This document shows, one piece after another, positions 53,966 through 63,027 of a DNA stretch of 64,000 nucleotides. Below the pieces are notes generated by a model. It worked only from the letters and a program-made list of their open reading frames with translations, made no database searches and was not told the DNA's origin. The DNA is from an uncultured Enterobacterales bacterium (GTDB lineage: Bacteria; Myxococcota_A; UBA796; CAJQPC01): positions 707 through 64,706 of the forward strand of contig CAZSZE010000015.1 of NCBI GenBank assembly GCA_964610645.1, read 5' to 3'. Numbering within the stretch: the first letter of the stretch is position 1; every line of letters begins with the position of its first letter. Position numbers and translations under genes: made by a program.

Positions 53966-55081
53966 TCAAGGGTCCACTGGGTCTTGCGGCTCATCACCGG
54001 GCTCCCCGGGCTGGCCGCCGTGGGCAGGGGGCTCGCCTTCCTCGTAGAACACAAGCAGTCCCCCATCGGTCACCGTGGTGGAGACCCGGATCACCTCCCC
54101 CCAGGGGGTCTGCATCTCCGGACCGACATACCGGGAGTCCACCTGGAACGAGGTGGAGTAGAGGTTGTCATCCAGGGCGATGTTGTGGGGCAACTCTTCC
54201 AGGATCGACGGCGCCACCATGACCTCGTCCGCAGCCAGGTCCGGACGGCAGGCCAGGGCCTCAATGGGGTCCGCCACCCCCATCTCCGACACCTGGATCA
54301 TCACCAGCTCCTCGTGCATGAAGACATGCGCAACGTCCGGGGGAGGCCCGGCTTCCTCCCACTCCACCAGGAGCGGATTGTCCACCCGGTGGTAGATCAG
54401 CCCGTCCTGGGGGGACTCCAGCAAGACCTGCACATCCAGCTGCGGGCCCACCACAAAGGCATCGTCCAGCGCCAGCCCCGCCAGGGGTGGCCGGGCATCT
54501 GCTGCCCCCACATCCAGGTCGAGCACCTGGCCAAAGGGGAAGGTATCCGCATCGCAATCGGCCATTTCGTAGGTGACCCGGTCCTGGCCATCGATAAGCC
54601 GGGTCAGGGCCCAGCTGCGCTCGTCCCCGTGCAGCCAGATGCACTCCCCGGCATCCATGGTTCCCCGCAGGTTCCAATTGTCCTCAGACTCTCCGTCGTT
54701 GGAGTCCGGCTCCCCCGGGCGTTCCTCATCCTGGGGTTCCTCCGGGGCGCTGCTGTCCACCTCGTCAAACCGGGTCAGGGTACAGGTGTCGATCTCGTCG
54801 GGGTACACCATCTCCTGGCGATAAGGCTCTTCTCCCTCCCCCATTCCATCGGACTCCCCCCTTCGCGTGAAGGCCACCTGCACCTGGCACCGGGACAGGG
54901 TCTCCCCCCAATTGTTCCGCTGAAACCCGACGTCAAAGCTGACGTTGATCACGCTGGAGGTGAAGCCGATGGTCTGCACCTGCTCCCCCGGCGTCCACCC
55001 CGCCGTGGGATGGGCGAGGGTGTAGTCGTGGGAATTGCAGGCGCACAAAGCGCTGAAAGCCAACGGAATGAGGTGCCGCAC
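53966..55081 (-). CDS. hypothetical acidic lipoprotein
   Basis: MRHLIPLAFSALCAC lipobox. 371 aa. No recognised family. Confidence 0.65.
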   Translation of the reverse strand: MRHLIPLAFSALCACNSHDYTLAHPTAGWTPGEQVQTIGFTSSVINVSFDVGFQRNNWGETLSRCQVQVAFTRRGESDGMGEGEEPYRQEMVYPDEIDTCTLTRFDEVDSSAPEEPQDEERPGEPDSNDGESEDNWNLRGTMDAGECIWLHGDERSWALTRLIDGQDRVTYEMADCDADTFPFGQVLDLDVGAADARPPLAGLALDDAFVVGPQLDVQVLLESPQDGLIYHRVDNPLLVEWEEAGPPPDVAHVFMHEELVMIQVSEMGVADPIEALACRPDLAADEVMVAPSILEELPHNIALDDNLYSTSFQVDSRYVGPEMQTPWGEVIRVSTTVTDGGLLVFYEEGEPPAHGGQPGEPGDEPQDPVDP

Positions 55082-55115
55082 TCCCCTACCCTATCAATGA
55101 GAAAGTCCCAGGCGA

Positions 55116-57965
55116 TCAAGAATCGACGTAATCTTCAATCGGCGGACAGGCGCAGACAAGGTTGCGATCGCCGTAGGCATCGTCGATGCGCCCCACCACG
55201 GGCCAGAACTTGTGATCCCGGGTCCATTTTGCCGGAAAAGCAGCCAATTCCCGGCTGTAGGGGGCATCCCACCCGTCCGACAGCAGGTCAGAAGCGGTGT
55301 GGGGAGCCCTCTTCAAGGGGTTCAGCTCCCGGTCCATTTCGCCGTCTGCAATGGCCTGAATCTCCCCTCGGATGGAGATCAAGGCATCACAGAACCGGTC
55401 GATTTCGGCCTTGGACTCGCTCTCCGTGGGCTCGATCATCAGGGTGCCCGCCACCGGCCAGGACATGGTCGGGGCGTGGAATCCGTAGTCCATGAGGCGC
55501 TTGGCCACGTCCACCACCTCGATTCCGGTCGCTGCCTTGAAGGGCCGCACATCAATGATGCACTCGTGGGCCACCCAGCCCCCCGCTCCTCGGTAGAGGA
55601 CCGGAAAGTGCGGCTCCAGGCGCCGGGCCACGTAGTTGGCGTTCAGGATTGCCACCTCGCTGGCCTTCCGCACTCCGTCCACCCCCAGCAGTGCGATGTA
55701 GGCATAGGAAATGGGCAGGATGCTCGCGCTCCCCCAGGGGGCAGCGGACACCGCACCGATGGAGGATTCTCCCCCCAACCCCGCAAGGGCATGGCCGGGA
55801 AGGTAGGGCACGAGGTGCTCCGCCACCGCAATAGGGCCCATGCCCGGGCCACCGCCACCGTGGGGGATGGCGAAGGTCTTGTGCAGGTTCAGGTGGATCA
55901 CATCTCCACCAAACTCCCCGGGACGGCACAGCCCCACCATGGCGTTCATGTTGGCCCCATCGATGTAGACCTGGCCGCCGTGGGCATGCACGGTGTCGCA
56001 GATCTCGCGGATGGTGGTTTCAAACACCCCGTGGGTCGAGGGATAGGTCACCATGAGGGCAGCCAGGTTTTCCTTGTGTTCGCCGGCCTTGGCTGCCAGG
56101 TCCACAAGATCGATGTTTCCGTTGTCATCACAGCCGATGACCACCACCTTCATGCCCGCCATCACGGCGCTGGCGGGGTTCGTGCCGTGGGCTGAGCTGG
56201 GAATCAAGCAGACATTGCGGTGGGCATCCCCCTGATCCCGGTGCCAGGCCCGAATCACCAGCAGCCCGGCGTACTCCCCCTGCGAACCCGCATTGGGCTG
56301 CAAGCTGACGCCGGAAAAGCCGGTAATCTCAGCAAGCCACGCCTCCAGGCGGGAAAAGAGGGTGCGGTAGCCCGTGGTCTGTTCCGTGGGGGCAAAAGGA
56401 TGAAGCTGCCCGAACCCAGCCCAGGTGACGGGCACCATCTGGGCCGTGGCGTTGAGCTTCATGGTGCAGGAGCCCAGGGGGATCATCGACGTGGTCAGGG
56501 ACAGGTCCCGGGAGGAGAGCTTGTGGATGTACCGCAACAGGTCTGTTTCCGACCTGTGGGCAGAAAACACCGGGTGCTCAAGAATGGGACCGTCCCGGCG
56601 CACCGCTTCCGGCAGATCCGTGCCCACGTCCCAGTGGATCGCCTCGCCGCCAAAGGCCGCGAGAACATCCAGGACATCTTCATCTCTCGTGGTCTCGTCC
56701 AGGCTGACCCCCACAGAGCCATCATCGAAAGCCCGCAGGTTGATGCCCGCCTCCAACGCTGCCGCGTGGATCTGCTCCGGGGACCGTGGCCCCCCGCTTA
56801 CATGAAGGGTGTCGAACGTGGGGTCCTCGCCAAGGGAGTAGCCAAGTGCTGCCAACGCCTCCCCCAGTGCTCGGGTGCGACGAATCACGCCATCGGCGAT
56901 GCGCTGCAGCCCTTCGGGGCCATGGTAGACGGCGTACATGGAGGCGATGACCGCGAGCAGCACCTGGGCGGTGCAGATGTTCGAGGTGGCCCGATCCCGG
57001 CGGATGTGCTGCTCCCGGGTCTGCAGGGCCAGGCGCAAGGCCGTTCGGCCGGCGGAGTCCTTGCTGACCCCCACGATGCGTCCAGGCACCTGGCGCTTGT
57101 AGGCAGCCCGGGTGGCCAGGAAGGCAGCATGGGGCCCGCCAAACCCCATGGGCACGCCCAGGCGCTGGCTGTTTCCCACCACCGCATCTGCCCCCCAGGA
57201 TCCGGGGCTGCGCATGCGGGTCAGGGCCAACAGGTCGGAGGCCACCACCACGAGGGCGCCCGCGTCGTGGGCGGCCTCGATGATCGCCGCGGGGCTGCGG
57301 ATGGCACCGTCCGTGGACGGCACCTGCAGGAGCACACCGAAGACCGGCGTGGAAAAGTCGTACGTCGCGGCCTCGGCAACCACCACCTCGATGCCCAGGG
57401 GCGCAGCGCGGGTGCAAATGACCTCGAGGGTCTGGGGGTGGCACGAGGGATCCACGAGGAACGTGTCCGACGGCGCCTTTCTGCCCAGCACCCGGTGAAA
57501 TAGCGTCATGACCTCAGCGGCACTGGTGGCCTCGTCCAGCATGGAGGAATTCGCAACCTCCATGCCCGTCAGGTCCGCCACGAGGGTCTGGAAGTTCAGC
57601 AGCGCCTCCAGGCGTCCCTGGGAGATCTCCGCCTGGTAGGGCGTGTACTGGGTGTACCAGGCCGGGTTTTCCAGCACGTTGCGCAGGATGACCGGCGGGG
57701 TCACACAGTCGTGGTAGCCGAGGCCCAGGTAGGAGCGAAAGGCCCTGTTCTGGCTGGCCAACTCCCCGAGATCCGCCAGCACCTCCCGCTCCGTACGGGC
57801 AGCAGGCAGGTCATAGTCGTGCTCGGTGAGGATGTCCCCCGGAACAGCCGCCCGGATCAACGCCCCCAGGGAGTCGAGGCCCAGTTCCGCCAGCATCTGC
57901 GCCACTTCGGCCTCGCGCGGGCCGTTGTGGCGGTCGACAAATCGATCAGGCGCCTGCACCGTCAT
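55116..57965 (-). CDS. gcvP: glycine dehydrogenase (decarboxylating), single-chain P protein
   Basis: 949 aa. FVDRHNGP N-terminus, [39 protein letters not shown] (PLP-Lys region). Confidence 0.96.
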   Translation of the reverse strand: MTVQAPDRFVDRHNGPREAEVAQMLAELGLDSLGALIRAAVPGDILTEHDYDLPAARTEREVLADLGELASQNRAFRSYLGLGYHDCVTPPVILRNVLENPAWYTQYTPYQAEISQGRLEALLNFQTLVADLTGMEVANSSMLDEATSAAEVMTLFHRVLGRKAPSDTFLVDPSCHPQTLEVICTRAAPLGIEVVVAEAATYDFSTPVFGVLLQVPSTDGAIRSPAAIIEAAHDAGALVVVASDLLALTRMRSPGSWGADAVVGNSQRLGVPMGFGGPHAAFLATRAAYKRQVPGRIVGVSKDSAGRTALRLALQTREQHIRRDRATSNICTAQVLLAVIASMYAVYHGPEGLQRIADGVIRRTRALGEALAALGYSLGEDPTFDTLHVSGGPRSPEQIHAAALEAGINLRAFDDGSVGVSLDETTRDEDVLDVLAAFGGEAIHWDVGTDLPEAVRRDGPILEHPVFSAHRSETDLLRYIHKLSSRDLSLTTSMIPLGSCTMKLNATAQMVPVTWAGFGQLHPFAPTEQTTGYRTLFSRLEAWLAEITGFSGVSLQPNAGSQGEYAGLLVIRAWHRDQGDAHRNVCLIPSSAHGTNPASAVMAGMKVVVIGCDDNGNIDLVDLAAKAGEHKENLAALMVTYPSTHGVFETTIREICDTVHAHGGQVYIDGANMNAMVGLCRPGEFGGDVIHLNLHKTFAIPHGGGGPGMGPIAVAEHLVPYLPGHALAGLGGESSIGAVSAAPWGSASILPISYAYIALLGVDGVRKASEVAILNANYVARRLEPHFPVLYRGAGGWVAHECIIDVRPFKAATGIEVVDVAKRLMDYGFHAPTMSWPVAGTLMIEPTESESKAEIDRFCDALISIRGEIQAIADGEMDRELNPLKRAPHTASDLLSDGWDAPYSRELAAFPAKWTRDHKFWPVVGRIDDAYGDRNLVCACPPIEDYVDS

Positions 57966-58341
57966 CGCTCAAGTGCTGCTGGTAGGCAGCGGAATCCAGC
58001 AGCTCCTCCAACTCGGAGATGTCCGCCAGCTTGATCTTGAAGAGCCAGCCATCGCCGTAGGGGTCCTGGTTGATGGATTCCTCGGCGCCGTCCAGCTCCT
58101 CGTTCACCTCGACCACCTCGCCTCCCAGTGGGGCAAAGACATCCGAGACCGCCTTGACGCTTTCCAGCTCGGCGATGGAGTCCCCGGAGCTGACCGTGCC
58201 ACCGGTCTCCGGAAGCTGGGCAAACACGATGTCCCCCAGGGAGTCCTGGGCGTGCCAGGTAATGCCCACGGTCGCCACATCACCGTCGATGCGAATCCAC
58301 TCGTGGTCCTCGGTGTAGATGAGTTCTGACGGGTAGCTCAT
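57946..58341 (-). CDS. gcvH: glycine cleavage system H protein
   Basis: YTEDHEWIR and [21 protein letters not shown] (lipoyl-Lys motif). 131 aa. Confidence 0.95.
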   Translation of the reverse strand: MSYPSELIYTEDHEWIRIDGDVATVGITWHAQDSLGDIVFAQLPETGGTVSSGDSIAELESVKAVSDVFAPLGGEVVEVNEELDGAEESINQDPYGDGWLFKIKLADISELEELLDSAAYQQHLSDDGAGA

Positions 58342-58349
58342 GCCGTCTC

Positions 58350-59447
58350 CTAGTAGTCGCGTTGAAAGAAGGGGGGTTTGACGACCGTGGCCGGGGCAAT
58401 GCGCCCCCGGACATCGACCTCCAGGGAGGTGCCCGGACGACCATGCCCGCGAGCCACATAGCCGAGCGCAATGTTGGTGCCCACGAGGGGGGACCGGGTT
58501 CCGCTGGTGATCTCGCCCACAGGCTTCCCATCCGCGAGAATGGCCTGGTGGGGACGCCCGATGCGGCCCTCGATTTCCAGCCCCACGAGGCGGCGTTGAA
58601 TCCCGGCTTCCTTCTGGGCCACCAGCGCATCGCGACCGACAAATGCAGCCTTGTCCAGCTTGGTGATCCAGCGCAGTCCCGCCTCCAGGGGCGTGGTGTC
58701 ATCGGTGATGTCATTGCCATAGAGCACGTTTCCCGCCTCCAGGCGCAGGGTGTCCCGGGCACCCAGCCCCACCAGGGCCAGGTCATGGGGAGCGCCGGCT
58801 GCCAGGATGCGATCCCAGGCATCCCCGACGGAGTCCGCGGGGAGAAAGATCTCAAATCCGTCTTCCCCGGTGTAGCCGGTGCGGGCAATCCAGCAGTCAT
58901 CCACCCCGGCAAAGGCACCGGACTGAATCGCTCCCCGCTCCATGCCCGCCACATCCACCGCCGTCAACTCCGCCACCACCCCCACTCCGTGGCGACCTTG
59001 CAGCGCCACCTGGGCCCAGACCGCTCCTTCATCCACGATGGACACGGTGTCGGGGGCCGGATTGTGCGCAACAAGCCAGGCAAAGTCCTTGTCCCGGTTG
59101 CTGGCGTTCACGCAGACCAGGAAGTCCGCCTCTCCCAGGCGGTACACGAAGACATCGTCCACGATGCCCCCCGCGTCGTTGAGAATCGCCGAATACTGGG
59201 AGGCGCCGGGGGCCACCTTGCTGACATCGTTAGACAGAAGGTGGTTCAGCGCATCCTCGGCCCCGGGACCCGTGACCCGCACCTCCCCCATGTGGGAGAC
59301 ATCAAAGAGCCCGACACCTTTGCGTACGGCCAGGTGCTCATCGATGATGCCCGTGTACTGAATGGGCATGTCCCATCCGCCAAAATCGATCATCCGGGCG
59401 CCAGCGGCAACGTGATTGGCATGAAAGGGCGTACGCCACAGCGACAT
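58350..59447 (-). CDS. gcvT: glycine cleavage system aminomethyltransferase T
   Basis: [33 protein letters not shown] and [10 protein letters not shown]. 365 aa from ATG 59447, preceded by GGAGG. ORF-track extension rejected. Confidence 0.95.
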   Translation of the reverse strand: MSLWRTPFHANHVAAGARMIDFGGWDMPIQYTGIIDEHLAVRKGVGLFDVSHMGEVRVTGPGAEDALNHLLSNDVSKVAPGASQYSAILNDAGGIVDDVFVYRLGEADFLVCVNASNRDKDFAWLVAHNPAPDTVSIVDEGAVWAQVALQGRHGVGVVAELTAVDVAGMERGAIQSGAFAGVDDCWIARTGYTGEDGFEIFLPADSVGDAWDRILAAGAPHDLALVGLGARDTLRLEAGNVLYGNDITDDTTPLEAGLRWITKLDKAAFVGRDALVAQKEAGIQRRLVGLEIEGRIGRPHQAILADGKPVGEITSGTRSPLVGTNIALGYVARGHGRPGTSLEVDVRGRIAPATVVKPPFFQRDY

Positions 59448-59559
59448 GCTGGCCTCCCCGGGGGGCTGACCGTATCCCGCCATCGGGATTTGGCAATCGC
59501 CTCGGAAACCCTGGCGAAACGAAACCTCCCACGGTACTTGGCCCTTCCAAGGACATCGA

Positions 59560-60039
59560 ATGTTAGGACCGAATCTGCACACCACCGTCAGCCTGAAGAA
59601 CCACGTGGGAGACCTCTGTGGAGGGACGGTGGAGTGGCTCACCTCCAGCGAACTGCAGGTGAACGTCGACGGCCACCTGGAACTCGATTCCAATTGTGAA
59701 CTGCGGGTCGAGTTGCGAGGACTTCCGGTGTCGATCTACATCCATGGCACGGTCATGAAGCTGGAGATGGACGACCTGGGCGAAACCCAGACCAGCGCCG
59801 TCATTCGCATCGACCACATGCCGGAATTGGATCGGACGCGCCTGGAAAAATGGCTGTCCGAAGGGGTGACCGGGGGAACCAGCGCGGATCCCGGCTCCTG
59901 GGTAGGGGAACTCTCCGAACACCACTCCGGTGTCTCCCGCAGCACAGGCCGCTCCTCGATCCGTTCTGGCCTTCGGGCAGGCCTCGGGATGGCGCCGAAG
60001 GACACCGACGAAGACCCGGACGAATCAGGCGCCTCGTAG
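59560..60039 (+). CDS. hypothetical protein, possibly a degenerate PilZ-like beta-barrel
   Basis: Coding-like codon bias. [12 protein letters not shown]...IHGTVMKLE loosely resembles the PilZ core but no RxxxR is present. Ser/Gly/Asp-rich tail. Confidence 0.45.
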   Translation: MLGPNLHTTVSLKNHVGDLCGGTVEWLTSSELQVNVDGHLELDSNCELRVELRGLPVSIYIHGTVMKLEMDDLGETQTSAVIRIDHMPELDRTRLEKWLSEGVTGGTSADPGSWVGELSEHHSGVSRSTGRSSIRSGLRAGLGMAPKDTDEDPDESGAS

Positions 60040-60861
60040 CTGCGCGCTCTTCAGGGTGTTGGCCATCAACATGGCAATGGTCATGGGGCCAACTCCGCCG
60101 GGAACAGGGGTGATCCAACCCGCCCGCTTCGCAGCAGCCTCCGTGTCCACATCCCCGCACAGCGTGCCATCCTCCAGGCGGTTGATGCCCACATCGATGA
60201 CCGCAGCGCCCTCCTTGATCCAATCCCCCAGGACCATGCGGGGACGACCCACCGCTGCCACCACCACATCCGCACGGGCCACCTCAACCGCCAGATTCTG
60301 GGTGCGGGAATGACACAGGGTCACAGTGGCATTTTGATGCAAGAGCAGGTGCGCCATGGGTTTGCCCACGATGTCCGAGCGGCCGATGACCACCGCGTGC
60401 GCACCCTCCAGGGGGACCTCCGCGTCTTCCAGCAGGCGCATGACACCGAGCGGCGTACAGGGCACAAACCGCGGGCGCCCCTGGGCCAATCGCCCAGCGT
60501 TCTCCGGGTGAAAACCATCCACGTCCTTGGCTGGATCCACCGCATCAAGCACCGCCTGGGTGTCCAGGTGGGCGGGCAGGGGCAGCTGCACCAGAATGCC
60601 GTCAATGGCCGGGTCCCGGTTCAGCGTGGCAATGCAAGCCAGCAGCTCCGCCAGGGAGATTTCCATGGGCAGGTCGATCTGCCGGTGCAGGAACCCGACG
60701 CGGCCGGCCACCAGGGTCTTTCGACGCACGTAGACTTGGGAGGCTGGATTCTCACCGACCAGCACCACCGCGAGTCCCGGGGGGCGGTCCATCCCTTCCA
60801 CCGCAGGCCGAACACTGCCCTGGTTGAGGCGCTTGGCAAGTGCCCGCCCATCCAGGATCAT
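60025..60861 (-). CDS. folD: bifunctional methylenetetrahydrofolate dehydrogenase/cyclohydrolase
   Basis: [66 protein letters not shown]. The ATG overlaps the upstream stop (ATGA). Confidence 0.95.
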   Translation of the reverse strand: MILDGRALAKRLNQGSVRPAVEGMDRPPGLAVVLVGENPASQVYVRRKTLVAGRVGFLHRQIDLPMEISLAELLACIATLNRDPAIDGILVQLPLPAHLDTQAVLDAVDPAKDVDGFHPENAGRLAQGRPRFVPCTPLGVMRLLEDAEVPLEGAHAVVIGRSDIVGKPMAHLLLHQNATVTLCHSRTQNLAVEVARADVVVAAVGRPRMVLGDWIKEGAAVIDVGINRLEDGTLCGDVDTEAAAKRAGWITPVPGGVGPMTIAMLMANTLKSAQLRGA

Positions 60862-61241
60862 GTGTCGTTCCCGGACGAGGTGGAGGTGCCCGATTCGCTC
60901 TTTACGCCTGCGCTTCCGGAGTCGCTTGAGCCGCTGCTGCTGGTGTCGCTTGAGGATGGACTGTCGGAACCGGTACTGTCGGAACCGGGACCGTCGGAAC
61001 CGGTACTGTCGGAACCGGGACCGTCGCCGCTTCCGCCCCCGGAGTTGTCGGACACGCTCTTCAGACCGTAGTGGTCCTTGTACCAACCGCCGCCCTTCAG
61101 GTGAAAGGAAGTGGCGGAAACGAGCTTTCGCAAGCCCTCCGCCTCACAGCTCGGGCACGCGGTCAACAACGGGTCGGACATCTTCTGAAAGTGCTCGAAC
61201 CGGTGGTCGCAACCCGAGCAGGCGTATTCGTAGATAGGCAT
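60858..61241 (-). CDS. FmdB-family zinc-ribbon protein with a Ser/Gly/Asp-rich repeat tail
   Basis: [16 protein letters not shown]...CPSCEA is the CxxC...CxxC FmdB signature. The tail reads [28 protein letters not shown]. Confidence 0.85.
   Translation of the reverse strand: MPIYEYACSGCDHRFEHFQKMSDPLLTACPSCEAEGLRKLVSATSFHLKGGGWYKDHYGLKSVSDNSGGGSGDGPGSDSTGSDGPGSDSTGSDSPSSSDTSSSGSSDSGSAGVKSESGTSTSSGNDT
60964..61023. repeat. exact 30-nt tandem duplication (itself two diverged 15-nt units) inside the FmdB-like gene
   Basis: TCGGAACCGGTACTGTCGGAACCGGGACCG occurs at 60964-60993 and again at 60994-61023. It encodes [10 protein letters not shown] twice. Confidence 0.9.
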
Positions 61242-61315
61242 ACTGGCCGGGTATTAATGCCAATGAGGTTTGGGGCAAGCACAGAGGCGGGTGCCTCCCG
61301 GGTTAAAACAAGGTC

Positions 61316-62113
61316 ATGACCTGGTTTCTTCAACTTGTTGCCCTTGGATGCGTGGCCCTGGCGACTGGGCTGGTGGGGGGGCTCGCCCTCCTGGCCATGG
61401 AGCGTGGCCAACCGATCCGGCTTTCCCTGGCGGGGCTTTCCTCCTGGGCCCGGGAGTTCGCCACCCAGGCATTGAAATACGTCCTGTTCCCCCTGGGCTG
61501 GATCGACACGCGCCCCCGGCGACACCCAAGCGCCCCGGGGACCCGCACCCCCGTTCTGCTGCTTCCCGGGTACGGGGACAACCACAGCCTGTTGGGCCCC
61601 ATGGGCATCTTCCTGCGCCAAAAAGGGTGGCCCTGGGTGCAGGCGATCAACCACCCTTCCGCCAAGACCCTTCCTGAAATGGCTGCCGGGCTGGCCCTGC
61701 GAATCCGCGAAATGCAGCAGGCCAGCGGCGCCGAGCAGGTCGATCTTGTGTGCCATTCCATGGGAGGGGTGGTGGCCACCTGGTACCTGAACCACCTGGA
61801 AGGCGCGCCCCATGTGCGCCGCATGGTGGCCATTGCCACACCCTTTCAAGGCACGAAAGTGGCGGTCTTTGGTCCAAGGCGACACGCCCGGGACCTGCTG
61901 CCCAACTCCAGTGTGATGGAGAAGTTGGGCCTCCCCCCGGTGACCACAACGGCAATCCGCTCCACTTTCGATGCGATTGTGCTGCCCCAATCGTCCGCTG
62001 CACTTCCAGAAATGGAGGCTTACACAAATGTGACGGTCCACGGGCACGGGCACCTGGCCATGTTGTACTCCGTCGAGGTTCTGGGGCATATCTGCCGGGC
62101 GTTGGAGGACTGA
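61316..62113 (+). CDS. membrane-anchored alpha/beta hydrolase (lipase/esterase-like)
   Basis: N-terminal TM FLQLVALGCVALATGLVGGLALLA. Nucleophile elbow VCHSMGG (GxSxG-type). LLLPGYG oxyanion region. Confidence 0.8.
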   Translation: MTWFLQLVALGCVALATGLVGGLALLAMERGQPIRLSLAGLSSWAREFATQALKYVLFPLGWIDTRPRRHPSAPGTRTPVLLLPGYGDNHSLLGPMGIFLRQKGWPWVQAINHPSAKTLPEMAAGLALRIREMQQASGAEQVDLVCHSMGGVVATWYLNHLEGAPHVRRMVAIATPFQGTKVAVFGPRRHARDLLPNSSVMEKLGLPPVTTTAIRSTFDAIVLPQSSAALPEMEAYTNVTVHGHGHLAMLYSVEVLGHICRALED

Positions 62114-62115
62114 CC

Positions 62116-63027
62116 ATGAGCCTGCGCGATGCACGAGTCGTGGTGGTCATGGGAAAGGGAGGGGTTGGAAAGACCACCCTCACCGCCGCCCTGGCCCTGA
62201 ACCGTGCACGGGAAGGACGGCGAGTATTGGTGGCCGAGGTGGGGGGGGGCTCCCGGTTCAGTGCGCTGTTCGGACACACAGGCTCCTACACCCCCACCCA
62301 GGTGGCAGAGGGAATCCACGCCATCACCCTCACACCCCAGGAGGCCATTGAGGACTACGTCGTGCTTCGGCTGAAGCTGCGCTCCCTGTACCACCTGGTG
62401 TTCGGCAACCGGGTGATGCGGCCCTTTCTGGCGGCCGTTCCCGGGTTGCACGACCTCATTCAGCTGGGAAAGGTGTTCTTCGAGGAAGCCCGGACCCACC
62501 CCGACGGCTCGTTTGTGTGGGACCAGATTCTCCTGGATGCACCCGCCACGGGCCACGGGGTCACCATGCTCCATGCACCCCGATCCATGATGGAGCTCAC
62601 AGGCTCGGGGCCCTTCCATGAGAATGCCGGCCTCGTCCACGACCTCTTCGCCGATCCGGAACGAACCAGTCTTGTGGTGGCCGCCCTTCCCGAGGAGCTG
62701 GTGGTCAACGAGACCCTGGAGCTGGTCGACCGCCTGGAAGACCTTGGAGACCAGCTGGCCCTCTGTGTGCTGAACGAGGTCCAACCCGTGGGCGAGTCCC
62801 CCCACGCCATCGAACGGGTCCAGTCCCACCTGGAGGGACTCGGAATGGAGGAGGCCCTGGCGCTGGCGTGGGCCGAGGCCGCCCGGGGTGAAACACAGGA
62901 GTTGTCCCACACCCGACTCGTGGAAGGGCTCGGATGCCCGGTGATAGAGCTTCCCCTGCTGGAGGAACGCGACCTGGGCCCGGCCGAACTGAACCGGCTG
63001 GCCAAATTCCTGGAGCCCTGGGCATGA
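62116..63027 (+). CDS. ArsA/Get3-like P-loop ATPase (first of tandem pair)
   Basis: VVVVMGKGGVGKTTLTAALAL is a deviant Walker A motif. LLDAPATGH is switch-like. The start lies 2 nt after the hydrolase stop. Confidence 0.85.
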   Translation: MSLRDARVVVVMGKGGVGKTTLTAALALNRAREGRRVLVAEVGGGSRFSALFGHTGSYTPTQVAEGIHAITLTPQEAIEDYVVLRLKLRSLYHLVFGNRVMRPFLAAVPGLHDLIQLGKVFFEEARTHPDGSFVWDQILLDAPATGHGVTMLHAPRSMMELTGSGPFHENAGLVHDLFADPERTSLVVAALPEELVVNETLELVDRLEDLGDQLALCVLNEVQPVGESPHAIERVQSHLEGLGMEEALALAWAEAARGETQELSHTRLVEGLGCPVIELPLLEERDLGPAELNRLAKFLEPWA

